Positions 8,063 through 18,615 are shown, numbered from the stretch's first letter. The stretch is 64,000 nucleotides of DNA from Candidatus Nanopelagicales bacterium (GCA_039812085.1 JBDHZU010000001.1:570-64569), one strand, 5' to 3'. Notes: a model not told the origin generated them from the sequence alone. A program made the numbers and translations.

Positions 8063-10360
8063 CTACCTCTCGTCCGTGGGAACTACTCGCAACCTCAGGT
8101 GATCTCTGCGGGCGCGCGTCATCACCACTCGACCACCAGCGACCTCGATCACGTGACCGATTCGATCACTGGTTTGCGGATCAAGTAACACGTGACGTTG
8201 CATTCCACCAGTCGTGGTCACCAACAGCGAAATAGGTCGGCGGGCTGACAACGACGACTCATCTGCATCCATCTGCCACAGCGGCCAGCGAACGATCCAC
8301 CGATCCTGTTCTTGGGTCACGTCCGGGCGCCATTCGGCACTACCCCGACGACAGATCACCGACGCCACCTCTGCGCCTGCGACCGGTTGCAACTCAACAA
8401 CGATGGATTCATCGACGATCCGCAATTCACGCAGGTACGTCAACCCACGTCGAGGCAAGACGTGTACGCCAGCATCGTGCGATGTCATCGCCAGCAAGGC
8501 ATCCGAATCTTCTTCCACGCCGCCTGCTGGCCACGGCAACGGTAGCCAACGATTGCCATCGCCTAGTTCCAGCATCCACTGAGTTTCCGGATGTGCGACC
8601 GGCGGGAAGGCAACCTCGAACCGACCGTGTTCGTCAAGGTCGAAGATCGCCATCTTTCCTTGCCCTCTGCGTCGCACTGCAACCGCAGAAGTAGCCGAAA
8701 GCGAGTCCACTGATCCGGTCAATTTCAAGCCACTGAGCTGCAGGTCGCTGGTAGCGAAGTCGATCGCCCTGGTCTGAATCAGTAACGGTTTACCGGGGAC
8801 AGCTCGAAGACTGGTACACCGGTTATCCGTCACTCTTACCGCTGGTGATCGACCACTCACACCGCGGGGAAACTCCGTCAATCCCCCAATGTGAGAGAAC
8901 CCGGCACAGTGAATATCGAGCTCTACTAACCACCGCCCGACCTGATCAACCAGTGAAGGATCAACGGTCAGTACGAACCCAGCCGAGACAGCATTGACGA
9001 AAGGATTCAGTGCCCGCCACTGAGCTTCCGTGCTGTCGATCATCACAACGGGCAACGGGACAGATTGCTGTTCGCTATCAATGGGCCGCAACCGCGCATT
9101 GACCGTTACGGGATACCGCTGCGGATCAATGTGGTTGAGCCAAGCCCAACCCGTCAATCTGCATTGCCCCTCTGGAGTCCACGTCACCATCTCCAAGCCG
9201 GCCGTCATACCCGTTAGCTCAGCGTCAATAGTCCGCAGAGCAGCGGGTAACTCTGGCTGCACCATGCTGGGGTTATCGAAACTGACGACACCGTCATCCA
9301 CGCTGGTTGGTAGATACCCGCGCTTATTTGCCATCGTCTGACAAAACTCAACGAGTTGCTCCCGACGATCCTGCGTGATCAACCACCCGATGACACGTCG
9401 ATCCGGAAGCACTAGTGCCCAACTGGCGTCATCCATATCCGCCGCAAATTCCTGCCCCGCAACAACTAGCTGTGGCCAGAACTCGGCATTCGTCTCCGCT
9501 AAGCGTTTGGCAATGCCATAAAGCTCGATGTTGAACACCCGTGCTAACCACTGCCTTTTGACCTCGATCGACGCCGACGACGCTTCGATCTCATTCAGCG
9601 CTTGTCGCACAACCGTCAGCCGGTCAGCCAGGTTGGCCCCACTCTGTGAAATCGAGGACTTATCGTCTCGAATCCGCCAGTGGTAAACGGTTTCGGGAAC
9701 GATGTCGAACGTTCCCGATAGGTACAGCTGAACCATCGGAACGATGTCTTCATAGGCCGTTCCTTCTGGAAACTTCATTCCTTGGCGCTTCCAGAACTTG
9801 CGCTGCACCAAGCGATTGCACGCGAGCACATATTGGATGGCTACCGGGTAGTCATCGATCCTCATCCGGCTGACCGGCGTGGTCGCGGCTGAGTGTGAGT
9901 ACCAGCGCTCAAGGATGCGGCCCTTGCGTAGTCGCGCAACTGCGCCGACGCAGAAATCAGATCCACTCGCACGCAGACTGTTCGTCATTCGCCACAACGC
10001 GTCGGCAGGAATGGTGTCGTCGGAATCGAGAAAGAACAGCCATCGACCTCGCGCATGCTTGATTCCCGCATTGCGTGCGGCGCCCAAACCCGCATTGGCC
10101 TGGCGATAGACACGGATTCGTTTGTCTTTTGCTGCGTACTCAGCCGCAATCTCGGGTGAGCTGTCAGTCGACCCATCATCGAGAATGACGATCTCCCACG
10201 ACTGCAGAGTCTGCGCGAGCACGCTATCGAGCGCCTGGGCAAGAAAATCTTGCACGTTGTAGACCGGAACGATCACGCTGACCTCAGGCCGTAAACGGCG
10301 ATAGGCGTTTCGTCGGACGCGATCGACAACAGATTTCACTTGTCGAGCAGGAGTGATCAC
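8063..10360 (-). CDS. Large GT2 glycosyltransferase with ~450-aa C-terminal domain of unknown function (TarS-like architecture)
   Basis: VSVIVPVYNVQDFLAQALDSVLAQT...ILDDGSTD...FLDSDD are canonical GT2 motifs. AYEDIVPMVQLYL...VYHWRIR resembles TarS-type teichoic-acid glycosyltransferases. I do not recognise the remaining C-terminal residues. Confidence 0.75.
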   Translation of the reverse strand: MITPARQVKSVVDRVRRNAYRRLRPEVSVIVPVYNVQDFLAQALDSVLAQTLQSWEIVILDDGSTDSSPEIAAEYAAKDKRIRVYRQANAGLGAARNAGIKHARGRWLFFLDSDDTIPADALWRMTNSLRASGSDFCVGAVARLRKGRILERWYSHSAATTPVSRMRIDDYPVAIQYVLACNRLVQRKFWKRQGMKFPEGTAYEDIVPMVQLYLSGTFDIVPETVYHWRIRDDKSSISQSGANLADRLTVVRQALNEIEASSASIEVKRQWLARVFNIELYGIAKRLAETNAEFWPQLVVAGQEFAADMDDASWALVLPDRRVIGWLITQDRREQLVEFCQTMANKRGYLPTSVDDGVVSFDNPSMVQPELPAALRTIDAELTGMTAGLEMVTWTPEGQCRLTGWAWLNHIDPQRYPVTVNARLRPIDSEQQSVPLPVVMIDSTEAQWRALNPFVNAVSAGFVLTVDPSLVDQVGRWLVELDIHCAGFSHIGGLTEFPRGVSGRSPAVRVTDNRCTSLRAVPGKPLLIQTRAIDFATSDLQLSGLKLTGSVDSLSATSAVAVRRRGQGKMAIFDLDEHGRFEVAFPPVAHPETQWMLELGDGNRWLPLPWPAGGVEEDSDALLAMTSHDAGVHVLPRRGLTYLRELRIVDESIVVELQPVAGAEVASVICRRGSAEWRPDVTQEQDRWIVRWPLWQMDADESSLSARRPISLLVTTTGGMQRHVLLDPQTSDRIGHVIEVAGGRVVMTRARRDHLRLRVVPTDER

Positions 10361-10378
10361 GTGGCTGCCGTGAACGAG

Positions 10379-11200
10379 TTAGACATCTTCTTGGGTCGTG
10401 GCGGCTTCAAGCTGGATGCTGTGGTGCTCGGCATAGGCCCGAATAACCTCTTCTGCCTCGCCAAACTTCAACAACTCACCTTTTTCCATCCAGGCAACTC
10501 GGGTGGACATGGTCTGCACGGTCCCCAAGGCATGAGACACCAACACCATCGTGCGCGCATTGGCGCGAAGCTCTTCCATCTTGGCGCTGGCTTTTGCCTT
10601 GAATCGAGCGTCTCCGGCAGATAACGCCTCGTCGACCAACAGAATGTCTGGGTCCATGTGGACAGCAACCGAGAATGCCAAGCGGCTGTACATTCCCGAG
10701 GAATACGTCTGCATTGGTAGTTCCATGAACTCACCCAACTCAGTCCACTCCGCGATCTCATCGATCTTCTCGGAGATCTCGGCTCGCGTGTAACCGGCAG
10801 CTAGTCCACCCAGCATGACGTTTTCGTATCCAGACAACTTGGCATTGAATCCGACACCCAATGCCAACAGGGTGCTCACTCGCCCACGAACCTCGATCTC
10901 GCCTGAAGTCGGTGGCAGGATGCCGGCGATTGCTCGAACCAAGGTCGATTTACCAGCGCCGTTGTTGCCGATAATGCCGAGGACTTCTCCGTGCGCAATA
11001 TCGAAGCTGACGTTCTTGACGGCCTCGATTTCCACCACCGAACGTTCACCACGGCCAGCGCGCTTCAATGCGTCCTTGAAAGTCGGACGGCGTTCGAAAG
11101 TCGTGCGGTAGGTAACGGATACGTCTTTGACGCGGATCGCGTAATCAGATTCTGACGGCAAAGTCCCGCTCCCGTGACAAGAAGGCGTACGCGCCCACAA
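10379..11200 (-). CDS. tagH: ABC transporter ATP-binding protein, TagH/Wzt/KpsT type (polymer export)
   Basis: Walker A GNNGAGKST, signature YSSGMYSRLAF and Walker B ILLVDEALS. An alternative TTG start at 11161 would reduce the overlap with the upstream permease. Confidence 0.85.
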   Translation of the reverse strand: MWARTPSCHGSGTLPSESDYAIRVKDVSVTYRTTFERRPTFKDALKRAGRGERSVVEIEAVKNVSFDIAHGEVLGIIGNNGAGKSTLVRAIAGILPPTSGEIEVRGRVSTLLALGVGFNAKLSGYENVMLGGLAAGYTRAEISEKIDEIAEWTELGEFMELPMQTYSSGMYSRLAFSVAVHMDPDILLVDEALSAGDARFKAKASAKMEELRANARTMVLVSHALGTVQTMSTRVAWMEKGELLKFGEAEEVIRAYAEHHSIQLEAATTQEDV

Positions 11201-12017
11201 CGAAGAAGAGCAGTGCCCACGCTAGCGCCAGCAGCAACGTGCTGAGTTTGGGGCTCTGGTGGTAGACGATGGCCTCGCTCCAGGTTCCGACAACGCCAAA
11301 CATCGGGTTGAGGAACTCGATGGCCCGCAGCTTCTCTGGCACAACCTGCGGCATCCACAACACCGGAGAGATGTACAGCCAGATCCGGCTCATGTAAGGC
11401 AAGAAGCTGCGGGTATCGCGGAAGTAGACCTGGATCGTGGCCAGCAACATCGCAATCCCGCTGCTCAGAATGAACAGGATGATCAGGACTGGAATGCACC
11501 ACAACCACTGCACCGACGGATAGATCCGATTCAGCAAACACATGGCAAACAGCACAATGAGGGTCGGCCAGAATCGCCCGAAAGCAGTTCGAACTGCAGC
11601 TATCGGCAATAGTGCTCGCGGGAAAGCAGTATTTGTAATGATCTTGCCTGCTCCAGTCACCGACCGGGCACCTTCACTCATGGCAAGTTGCAGCGTTGAA
11701 AACAGAAAAAGCCCAGCCAACAGATAGACGAAGTACCCCGGTTTCATGCCCCTGTTGCTCAGGATGTTCACCAACAGGAAGTACACGACACCCAGCAATA
11801 ACGGGTTCAAAACTGTCCAGAGGCGACCGAACCATGAATCCATGTTCTCGGCGCGAATGTTCGCCGTGGACATTTCCGACATGAACTCGCGACGACGCCA
11901 GAACTCGCGCGCGTACGGCTTCAGCGGCGGCAGTCCAGCCCGATAAGGCTGGTAGACGTGATGGTTGCCGACGAACTGATCGTCGGAGTCGACACCATCG
12001 ACTGTTGCTTGAGCCAC
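11145..12017 (-). CDS. tagG: ABC-2 type transporter permease, TagG/Wzm type
   Basis: A six-helix hydrophobic protein of ~290 aa immediately upstream of, and overlapping, the TagH-like ATPase. Confidence 0.8.
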   Translation of the reverse strand: MAQATVDGVDSDDQFVGNHHVYQPYRAGLPPLKPYAREFWRRREFMSEMSTANIRAENMDSWFGRLWTVLNPLLLGVVYFLLVNILSNRGMKPGYFVYLLAGLFLFSTLQLAMSEGARSVTGAGKIITNTAFPRALLPIAAVRTAFGRFWPTLIVLFAMCLLNRIYPSVQWLWCIPVLIILFILSSGIAMLLATIQVYFRDTRSFLPYMSRIWLYISPVLWMPQVVPEKLRAIEFLNPMFGVVGTWSEAIVYHQSPKLSTLLLALAWALLFFVVGAYAFLSRERDFAVRI

Positions 12018-12115
12018 TTTGTCGTATTCCCCTTTTTGCTACGCCTTAAGGCACATGTTCGGCTCGATAGTAGACCCGCTTGGACAAGTGCCCCGGAGCC
12101 TGGTTCAGCGTGTCA

Positions 12116-13162
12116 TCAGCCGTTCGACTTGTCGATCTTTGCTTTACGCAAACCTCCACGCGATGAGAGGAAACCCACTCCCCAACTCACATGCATCGTC
12201 GCTAAGACTGCGGGAACCCGGGCACGAACCGGCCAGGTTTCGCCTTTACTGGCCGCTATTCCACCTAGGGCGACCAAAGCCGCGTAGCCAATTGGGGCCA
12301 ATGCGCCCACCTGCAGGAATCGCACAGCCGGAACCGTGCTGCCCACCACGAATGCAGCAGTTCCCACGACCAAACCCGTGACCGCGATTGGTGCCGCTAA
12401 GTACCGAGCACTGACTGTCTCCGGGTGCTCACGCATCACTTCCCGTCGCCAACGGCCATAGTCGAAGTACTGACGGGCAAGGCGTCTGGCGCTGGAGCGC
12501 GGGCGATACTCCACCTCCAAGCGCGGGGTGAACCATACGAGACCGCCTGTCGACCGGATCCGATAGTTCATCTCCCAGTCCTGTGCCCGGTCGAACTCGC
12601 TGTCGTAGCCACCAACTCGGTCGAGCGCAGAGCGACGAAATACCCCCAGGTAGACCGTTTCCACCTCACCCTCAGCCCCACCCGTGTGGAACGACGCGTT
12701 ACCCACGCCAATGCGAGAGGTCATTGCGCAGGCCACAGCTCGCTCGTACGGTGTGCGTCCACGAGCGGCCATCACTCCACCGACGTTGTCGGCACCAGTA
12801 CGTTGCAACGTCTCAACCGCGATTTGGATGTAGTCCGGCGGCAACATGGCATGACCATCCACCCGCACAATGACGTCGTATCGAACGGCAGCAAGGGCGG
12901 CATTCAAACCGTCCGGTGTGCGCCCAGTGGGATTGTCGACCAAGACGACTCGGTCATCTGCTGCTCGAAGTTCGCTTGCGACCTGATTCGTGTCGTCAGT
13001 CGACGGTCCAAGCGCGAGCACAACTTCTAGTTGTCCGGACCACGTCTGGTTCAACACCGCATGTACAGCCTCGGTCAGATACTCCGCCTCATTGAGAACG
13101 GGCATGATGACGGAAACGGCATCGGATGCTGCCGCAGCGGATTGTGGAGACATTGCTACCAA
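12116..13162 (-). CDS. Glycosyltransferase family 2 (ExoA-like) with C-terminal transmembrane helices
   Basis: VSVIMPVLNEAEYLTEAVHAVLNQTW and VRVDGH motifs, with a hydrophobic C-terminal ~90 aa. It is divergent from the LCP gene. Confidence 0.8.
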   Translation of the reverse strand: MVAMSPQSAAAASDAVSVIMPVLNEAEYLTEAVHAVLNQTWSGQLEVVLALGPSTDDTNQVASELRAADDRVVLVDNPTGRTPDGLNAALAAVRYDVIVRVDGHAMLPPDYIQIAVETLQRTGADNVGGVMAARGRTPYERAVACAMTSRIGVGNASFHTGGAEGEVETVYLGVFRRSALDRVGGYDSEFDRAQDWEMNYRIRSTGGLVWFTPRLEVEYRPRSSARRLARQYFDYGRWRREVMREHPETVSARYLAAPIAVTGLVVGTAAFVVGSTVPAVRFLQVGALAPIGYAALVALGGIAASKGETWPVRARVPAVLATMHVSWGVGFLSSRGGLRKAKIDKSNG

Positions 13163-13320
13163 CGGTAGTCCGAATCACCCCGCGTTTTGTTCACCGGCTC
13201 GACTGGCAGCGCCACATAGCATCGGACGAACAAACCCACTGCCTTCGATGCGGAACCAAGCATGAGATGCCCGCGTCGCAGTGACATACGTGTGTTGACC
13301 CGCCAGCGCCAAGGAGTCTC
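13163..13320. promoter_or_regulatory. Divergent intergenic region (GT2 <-> LCP), which must carry both promoters
   Basis: 158 nt lie between divergent starts. AAGGAG at 13310-13315 precedes the ATG at 13321 and is a likely ribosome-binding site. Confidence 0.4.
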
Positions 13321-14727
13321 ATGTCCGTCGCCCCGCCCCGGCGAAAGCGTCCGCTTGGTCGCACTCTTGCGATCGGTGGTGCCGTTGGCATTCTGGCGAT
13401 CAGCGGCGTCGGATATGCCGCAGCCTCAGAAGTGGCGAGCCAGGTCTCACATACCCAGGTCTACTCGCTGATCGGGCACCAAGTTGAAGACGACGGTGGC
13501 ACAAACCTGCTTCTCGTCGGCTCAGATGACCGAACCGGACTCTCAAAGAAACAGCGCAAGGCGCTGCATGTCGGCCAAGACGAGTACGGCAAGCACACCG
13601 ACTCAATGATGATCGTTCACATCGCTGATAACGGTTCTGTGGGCGTAGTCAGTATTCCGCGTGACTCTTACGTAGAGATCCCCGATTTCACGACCGCTAA
13701 CGGAACGAACATTCCCGCCAGCAAGCAGAAGATCAATGCTGCGTATTCCCTCGGTGGACCAGCCCTGACGGTCAAGACTGTCGAGAAAGCAACCGGTGTA
13801 CACATCGATCACTACGCCGAAATCAATTTCGCTGGATTCGTCAACATGGTGAACGGTCTCGGCGGAGTGCCGGTCTGCACCAAGGTGCCGATTGATGACG
13901 AAAAGTCGAACCTGCACTTGAAGGCGGGCACCACCACCCTGAATGGCAAGCAGGCCTTGGCCTACGTCCGTGCGCGTTACTTCGATCCCAGTGCAGACCT
14001 CGGACGAATGAAACGTCAGCAGACCTTCCTCGGCAGCGTTTTCAAGCGAGCCATGAGCCCGGCAGTCGCGTTGAACCCGGTTCGATTAATGTCGTTCCTC
14101 AACGCCAGCGCGAGCAGCGTCACCACTGATGAGAACTTCAGCAAGTCCGACATGCTTGGCTTAATCGCTAAGGCACGCGTGACGAGCCCATCAGCTATCT
14201 CCTTCATGACGGTGCCACTCAGCGGGGATGAGAACGTGCCGGGAGCTGGCGATGTCGTCATCTGGGACGACGCTCAAGCCCAAGAGCTCTTTGCCAAGCT
14301 CAAGACCGGCGATCCGCTCGTCGGCCCCAGCAGTAAGACCAAGTCAAAGCCCACTGTCGAAATCGACCCTTCACAGATTTCGGTGCAGGTTTTCAACGGC
14401 ACGAATACTGCGGGCTTGGGAACCAAGGTGTCCAAGGCATTGACTGCCCAGGGGTACAACGTGGTGGGGCAAGCACAAGACGCCAAATCCCACGACCACA
14501 CCACCACGGTGATCCAGTACGACCCCGCCTACGACACCTCACTGAAGACGCTGCAAGCAGCGTTCCCGAATGCACAGGCAGTTCCTGTCCAAGGACTCGG
14601 CCACACGTTCCGACTGGTGGTGGGTACGGACTACACCTCGGTGACCGCTGTGAAGACGGCCAATTCGTCCTCGGATGCCGATTCAGATAAGCCGAAGACC
14701 GCAGCCGACAACATCTGCGCGAACTAA
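13321..14727 (+). CDS. LCP (LytR-CpsA-Psr) family glycopolymer-peptidoglycan ligase with LytR_C domain
   Basis: N-terminal membrane anchor. LLLVGSDDRTG...HTDSMMIVHI...VSIPRDSYVEIP are LCP core motifs. The C-terminal ISVQVFNGTNTAGLGTKVSKALTAQGYNVV is LytR_C-like. Confidence 0.9.
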   Translation: MSVAPPRRKRPLGRTLAIGGAVGILAISGVGYAAASEVASQVSHTQVYSLIGHQVEDDGGTNLLLVGSDDRTGLSKKQRKALHVGQDEYGKHTDSMMIVHIADNGSVGVVSIPRDSYVEIPDFTTANGTNIPASKQKINAAYSLGGPALTVKTVEKATGVHIDHYAEINFAGFVNMVNGLGGVPVCTKVPIDDEKSNLHLKAGTTTLNGKQALAYVRARYFDPSADLGRMKRQQTFLGSVFKRAMSPAVALNPVRLMSFLNASASSVTTDENFSKSDMLGLIAKARVTSPSAISFMTVPLSGDENVPGAGDVVIWDDAQAQELFAKLKTGDPLVGPSSKTKSKPTVEIDPSQISVQVFNGTNTAGLGTKVSKALTAQGYNVVGQAQDAKSHDHTTTVIQYDPAYDTSLKTLQAAFPNAQAVPVQGLGHTFRLVVGTDYTSVTAVKTANSSSDADSDKPKTAADNICAN

Positions 14728-14754
14728 TCGTCTAGCGGCGCTCACCCAACGCGA

Positions 14755-15270
14755 TTACTCGACGGCGCGACGAACGATCTCGCCCTTTGCGGTGGCACTG
14801 CTCTGTAGTTCGGACTGGAACTTCTCCATCTGCAAGCGGATTGAGTCGTCTTCCACACCCAGGATTCGCGCAGCAAGTAAGCCAGCATTCCGTGCATTCC
14901 CAATCGCCACAGCAGCAACCGGCACACCCGCTGGCATCTGGACGATGGACAGTAACGAATCCAAACCGTCCAACTGCTTGAGGGCAACCGGCACCCCAAT
15001 CACGGGCAACGTGGTGACGCTGGCCAGCATCCCCGGCAGATGAGCGGCACCTCCCGCTCCAGCAATGATCACTTTCAAACCACGTGCTTGTGCCTGCATT
15101 CCGTAGTCGAGCATTGCCTGCGGCATCCGATGGGCAGACACGACATCGGCCTCGAACGGGATGTCGAACTCACTGAGTGCGTCTGCTGCTGCCTTCATCG
15201 TGGGCCAGTCCGAGTCTGAGCCCATCACAATGCCCACTAACGGCTCTGACGACTGCTGCTCGCTACTCAT
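14755..15270 (-). CDS. purE: 5-(carboxyamino)imidazole ribonucleotide mutase
   Basis: [21 protein letters not shown]...DVVSAHRMP. Start taken at ATG 15270, which overlaps the purK stop by 8 nt. The longer ORF to 15339 is unlikely. Confidence 0.93.
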   Translation of the reverse strand: MSSEQQSSEPLVGIVMGSDSDWPTMKAAADALSEFDIPFEADVVSAHRMPQAMLDYGMQAQARGLKVIIAGAGGAAHLPGMLASVTTLPVIGVPVALKQLDGLDSLLSIVQMPAGVPVAAVAIGNARNAGLLAARILGVEDDSIRLQMEKFQSELQSSATAKGEIVRRAVE

Positions 15271-16453
15271 TAATCGCTCCAGAGATGAAGTCGGCTGCGT
15301 GTACTGCGCGTTCGACAAGTTCGGGTGACCACTGACCAACAGCGTTCACATGTCCTAGTTTGCGCCCTGGACGTGGCGCCTTGCCGTACAAGTGCACCTT
15401 GACTCGTGGATCCCGAGCCATGACATGACGAAACGATGCATACATGCCGGTGGCTTGCGTTCCCAGAATATTGACCATCACAGTGGCTGGGCTGGTCGCG
15501 CTCGGCGAACCCAAAGGAAGATCCAGAATCGCCCGCAGGTGGTTTTCAAACTGGGAGGTGACCGCACCATCCATACTCCAGTGACCCGAGTTATGCGGCC
15601 TCATGGCAAGTTCGTTGATCAACACACCGTCGCCGGTATCAAACAATTCCACTGCCAACATTCCGGTCACGTCCAACACCTGGGCGACTTTCATGGCTAC
15701 TCGTTGTGCCTGCATGGCAGTGTCATCGTCCAACTCGGGAGCCGGCGAGATCACCATGCTGCAGATTCCATCGGTCTGCACTGTCTGCACGACGGGGTAG
15801 GCAACAGCTTGTCCATGTGGTGAGCGAGCAACCTGAGCCGCTAACTCACGGGTAAACGGAACGTACTGCTCTAAGAGCCATACCGCCCCATCGGCCAGTT
15901 CGGTATCTGCGATGACCGCCAACGCTTGGTCCCGGTCATCGACCACCCACACACCACGACCGTCGTATCCCCCGCGCGATGTCTTCAACACCAACGGCCA
16001 ACCTGCGCGATCACCAAAAGCAGTCAGTATCTGCGCGACCTCATCATCGCTGGCATCTGCTGCCACGACCTGCCACTGCGGGATGGGCAAACCAGCATCT
16101 TGCAACGTCTGTCGCATGACGACTTTGTCTTGTGCATTGATCAAGGCCGACGGCCCAGGGCGTACCGCAATCCCATCAGCGATCAACGATTCGAGAATTG
16201 CCTGTGGGACATGTTCGTGATCGAAAGTCACCACATCGCAGCCGCGGGCAAACTCGCGCACAGCATCCGGATCGTCATGCCGACCGATACGGACGTCTTG
16301 GATGACTTGGGCTGCTGACTCATCGGGAGAGGCCGCCAGCACGCGAAGTTGGACGCCCAACGCAATCGCAGACTGCTGCATCATCCGAGCCAGTTGCCCC
16401 CCACCGATGACCCCAACAACGGGGAAGTCATCGATCCGTTTCAGCTCGCTCAC
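15263..16453 (-). CDS. purK: N5-carboxyaminoimidazole ribonucleotide synthase (ATP-grasp)
   Basis: [14 protein letters not shown]-terminus, an ATP-grasp core, GRKLGHV near the C-terminus, and position immediately upstream of purE. Confidence 0.92.
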   Translation of the reverse strand: MSELKRIDDFPVVGVIGGGQLARMMQQSAIALGVQLRVLAASPDESAAQVIQDVRIGRHDDPDAVREFARGCDVVTFDHEHVPQAILESLIADGIAVRPGPSALINAQDKVVMRQTLQDAGLPIPQWQVVAADASDDEVAQILTAFGDRAGWPLVLKTSRGGYDGRGVWVVDDRDQALAVIADTELADGAVWLLEQYVPFTRELAAQVARSPHGQAVAYPVVQTVQTDGICSMVISPAPELDDDTAMQAQRVAMKVAQVLDVTGMLAVELFDTGDGVLINELAMRPHNSGHWSMDGAVTSQFENHLRAILDLPLGSPSATSPATVMVNILGTQATGMYASFRHVMARDPRVKVHLYGKAPRPGRKLGHVNAVGQWSPELVERAVHAADFISGAINE

Positions 16454-17442
16454 ACCTCTACCCCAGCGTCTGTAATCGCGATTCGGTAAGCCGCCACATG
16501 TGACTGCCCCTGCTGCAGGACTGCGATCGGGAAGTGCCCGGACAGCGGGTCGGTGGGAGCCGACATCGGCTCGATGGCAACAAGGGAGTCACCCGCAGGA
16601 GCAAAGAGCACTGCGTACGAATATCCCTCGTCGTAACACAGATTGATACGCCGCCCACCGCCTTCAAGCCAGGCCACAGCTCCTGGCTTCACTTCGGCGT
16701 AGAGGTTGTCCAACGTGATGCCATCGTCGTTTGGGTCTCCGAGTGCTTCCATAAAGACGGGTACTCGAGTGAGTTGTCCCGTGGGTACGCAACGGTCGTC
16801 CAACTCCACCTGTTCAACAAACGGCGAGCAGACCACCCAATCCGCGCGATCAAGTTCGGGAACGACAAAGTACGGATGCCAACCCACAGCGACCGGTACC
16901 GGCGTCTCGGTTGTTGCCGTGACAGTCGTGGTGATGGTGAGGGTCCGATCTTCGACCGACATCGAGACGGTCAGCTCGTGTGGGAACGGCCAAGCCGGAA
17001 AACAACTCAGGGTCGAATCGAAAGACAACGTGGCGCTCAAGGTGGCTCGCGCCGCTTCGACGTGCTCAGCAGTGACCTGCCATTGATCACTGCCCGCAAG
17101 TAATCCATGAATGGGCAGTCCGTTGGCATCGGGATGCACGCCCGACTCAGGGGAAACATCAAGGCTTATGCCCTCGAAGGTGGTGACATCAAGCCGATTC
17201 GCCCAGGGGGCAAGCAGTGGAATCCCGAAGGTCTTACCGTCCTTCAGCCATGCCTGTAGACCCGCTCGTTGGCCAAGGATTTCGACCCCATCGACGAGTA
17301 ATGAGGTGCCAATCATTCCGCCTTGCGGGATAACCGTCAGTTCCAGACGCGGCGTCGCCAAGACGTACGCCTGAAGGTCTGGCGCATCCTCGGCAGGACG
17401 TTGTTCGATCCGGGCCACAGCGGCATCGCTACTAGAGGTCAT
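16450..17442 (-). CDS. Aldose 1-epimerase (galactose mutarotase-like) family protein
   Basis: GWHPYF motif and an all-beta mutarotase-like sequence. Start chosen at ATG 17442, just after the upstream stop. Confidence 0.7.
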   Translation of the reverse strand: MTSSSDAAVARIEQRPAEDAPDLQAYVLATPRLELTVIPQGGMIGTSLLVDGVEILGQRAGLQAWLKDGKTFGIPLLAPWANRLDVTTFEGISLDVSPESGVHPDANGLPIHGLLAGSDQWQVTAEHVEAARATLSATLSFDSTLSCFPAWPFPHELTVSMSVEDRTLTITTTVTATTETPVPVAVGWHPYFVVPELDRADWVVCSPFVEQVELDDRCVPTGQLTRVPVFMEALGDPNDDGITLDNLYAEVKPGAVAWLEGGGRRINLCYDEGYSYAVLFAPAGDSLVAIEPMSAPTDPLSGHFPIAVLQQGQSHVAAYRIAITDAGVEV

Positions 17443-17446
17443 GCGG

Positions 17447-18598
17447 TCATTCTTGCGGTAGACCGAGGTCACGGGAAATCAATAGCCGCTGAACCTCACT
17501 CGTTCCCTCTCCGATCTCCAAAATCTTGGCATCACGGTAGAAGCGGCCAACCGGGAACTCGATAGTGAATCCATAGCCGCCGTGGACTTGCGTGGCCGCA
17601 CGAGAGTTGTCCATCGCGGCATTCGAAGAATGCAGTTTTGCGATCGCGGCCTGGCGTTTGAACGGTCGGTCGGCCTGCATCCGCGCAGCCGCATCCCGCC
17701 ACGCCAATCGGGAGGTATGGGCGCGCACTTCCATATCCGCGATCATGAAGCTGACGGCTTGTTGTGCACCGATCGGTTTGCCGAATGCCTCACGTTGCTG
17801 GGCATATGTGACTGACTCATCCACACACCCTTGCGCCAGGCCGGTAGACAGGGCGGCAATAGCGATTCGTCCTTCGTCCAAAATTCGCAGGAACTGGGCG
17901 TAGCCACGGCCCAACTCCCCCAAAAGATTCTCTTGCGGTACACGCACATCGTCGAAAGCCAACTCGTGCGTATCGGAGGCGTTCCAGCCGACCTTCGCGT
18001 ATTCCTTGCTCACCGTGAATCCAGGAGTCCCAGCCGGCACGATGATTGACGAGATGTGCTTCCTGCCATTGTCATCGACTCCCGTCACCGCCGTCACGGT
18101 CACGAGCCCAGTGATCTCGGTGCCGGAATTGGTGATGAACGCTTTGGATCCGTTGATCACCCATTCACCATCGACTAATTCCGCACGAGTCCGAGTTCCC
18201 CCCGCATCGGACCCAGCACCGGGTTCCGTGAGGCCGAACGCGCCGAGCATTTCGCCAGAAGTGAGTGCCGGTAGCCACTGCTGTTTTTGCTCTTCGGTAC
18301 CAAATCGATAGATCGGCATAGCACCCAACGAGATCGCGGCTTCCAAAGTGATCGCGATCGAGGAATCGACCCGGGCGAGTTCTTCCAACGCCACACAGAG
18401 AGACAGGTAGTCCCCTCCCATGCCGCCGTATTCCTCCGGGAACGGCAACCCAAACAATCCCAGCTTTGCCATCTTCTGGACTAACGGCAGCGGGAACTCT
18501 CCGCGTACGTAGTAGTCACCAATTTCCGGCGCGATGACGTCGTGGGCGAACTGCTCGACCATCTGGCGCAGTTGTTCGTGTTCCTCCGACAATTCCAT
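17447..18598 (-). CDS. Acyl-CoA dehydrogenase (FadE25-like)
   Basis: ELSEEHEQLRQMV...LTEPGAGSD...QVHGGYGF...YRDAKILEIGEGTSEVQR. ATG 18598 is preceded by GAGGAG. Confidence 0.9.
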   Translation of the reverse strand: MELSEEHEQLRQMVEQFAHDVIAPEIGDYYVRGEFPLPLVQKMAKLGLFGLPFPEEYGGMGGDYLSLCVALEELARVDSSIAITLEAAISLGAMPIYRFGTEEQKQQWLPALTSGEMLGAFGLTEPGAGSDAGGTRTRAELVDGEWVINGSKAFITNSGTEITGLVTVTAVTGVDDNGRKHISSIIVPAGTPGFTVSKEYAKVGWNASDTHELAFDDVRVPQENLLGELGRGYAQFLRILDEGRIAIAALSTGLAQGCVDESVTYAQQREAFGKPIGAQQAVSFMIADMEVRAHTSRLAWRDAAARMQADRPFKRQAAIAKLHSSNAAMDNSRAATQVHGGYGFTIEFPVGRFYRDAKILEIGEGTSEVQRLLISRDLGLPQE

Positions 18599-18615
18599 CG
18601 TGTCTGTCTCCTCGT

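Noticed and set aside
14728-14754. A weak inverted repeat (TAATCG...CGATTA) between the convergent LCP and purE genes, considered as a terminator. A similar CTGTCA/TGACAG repeat lies at 51668-51690.
   Set aside because: The stems are only 6 bp, the loops are long (11-21 nt) and there is no U-tract. That is not enough to call a terminator.
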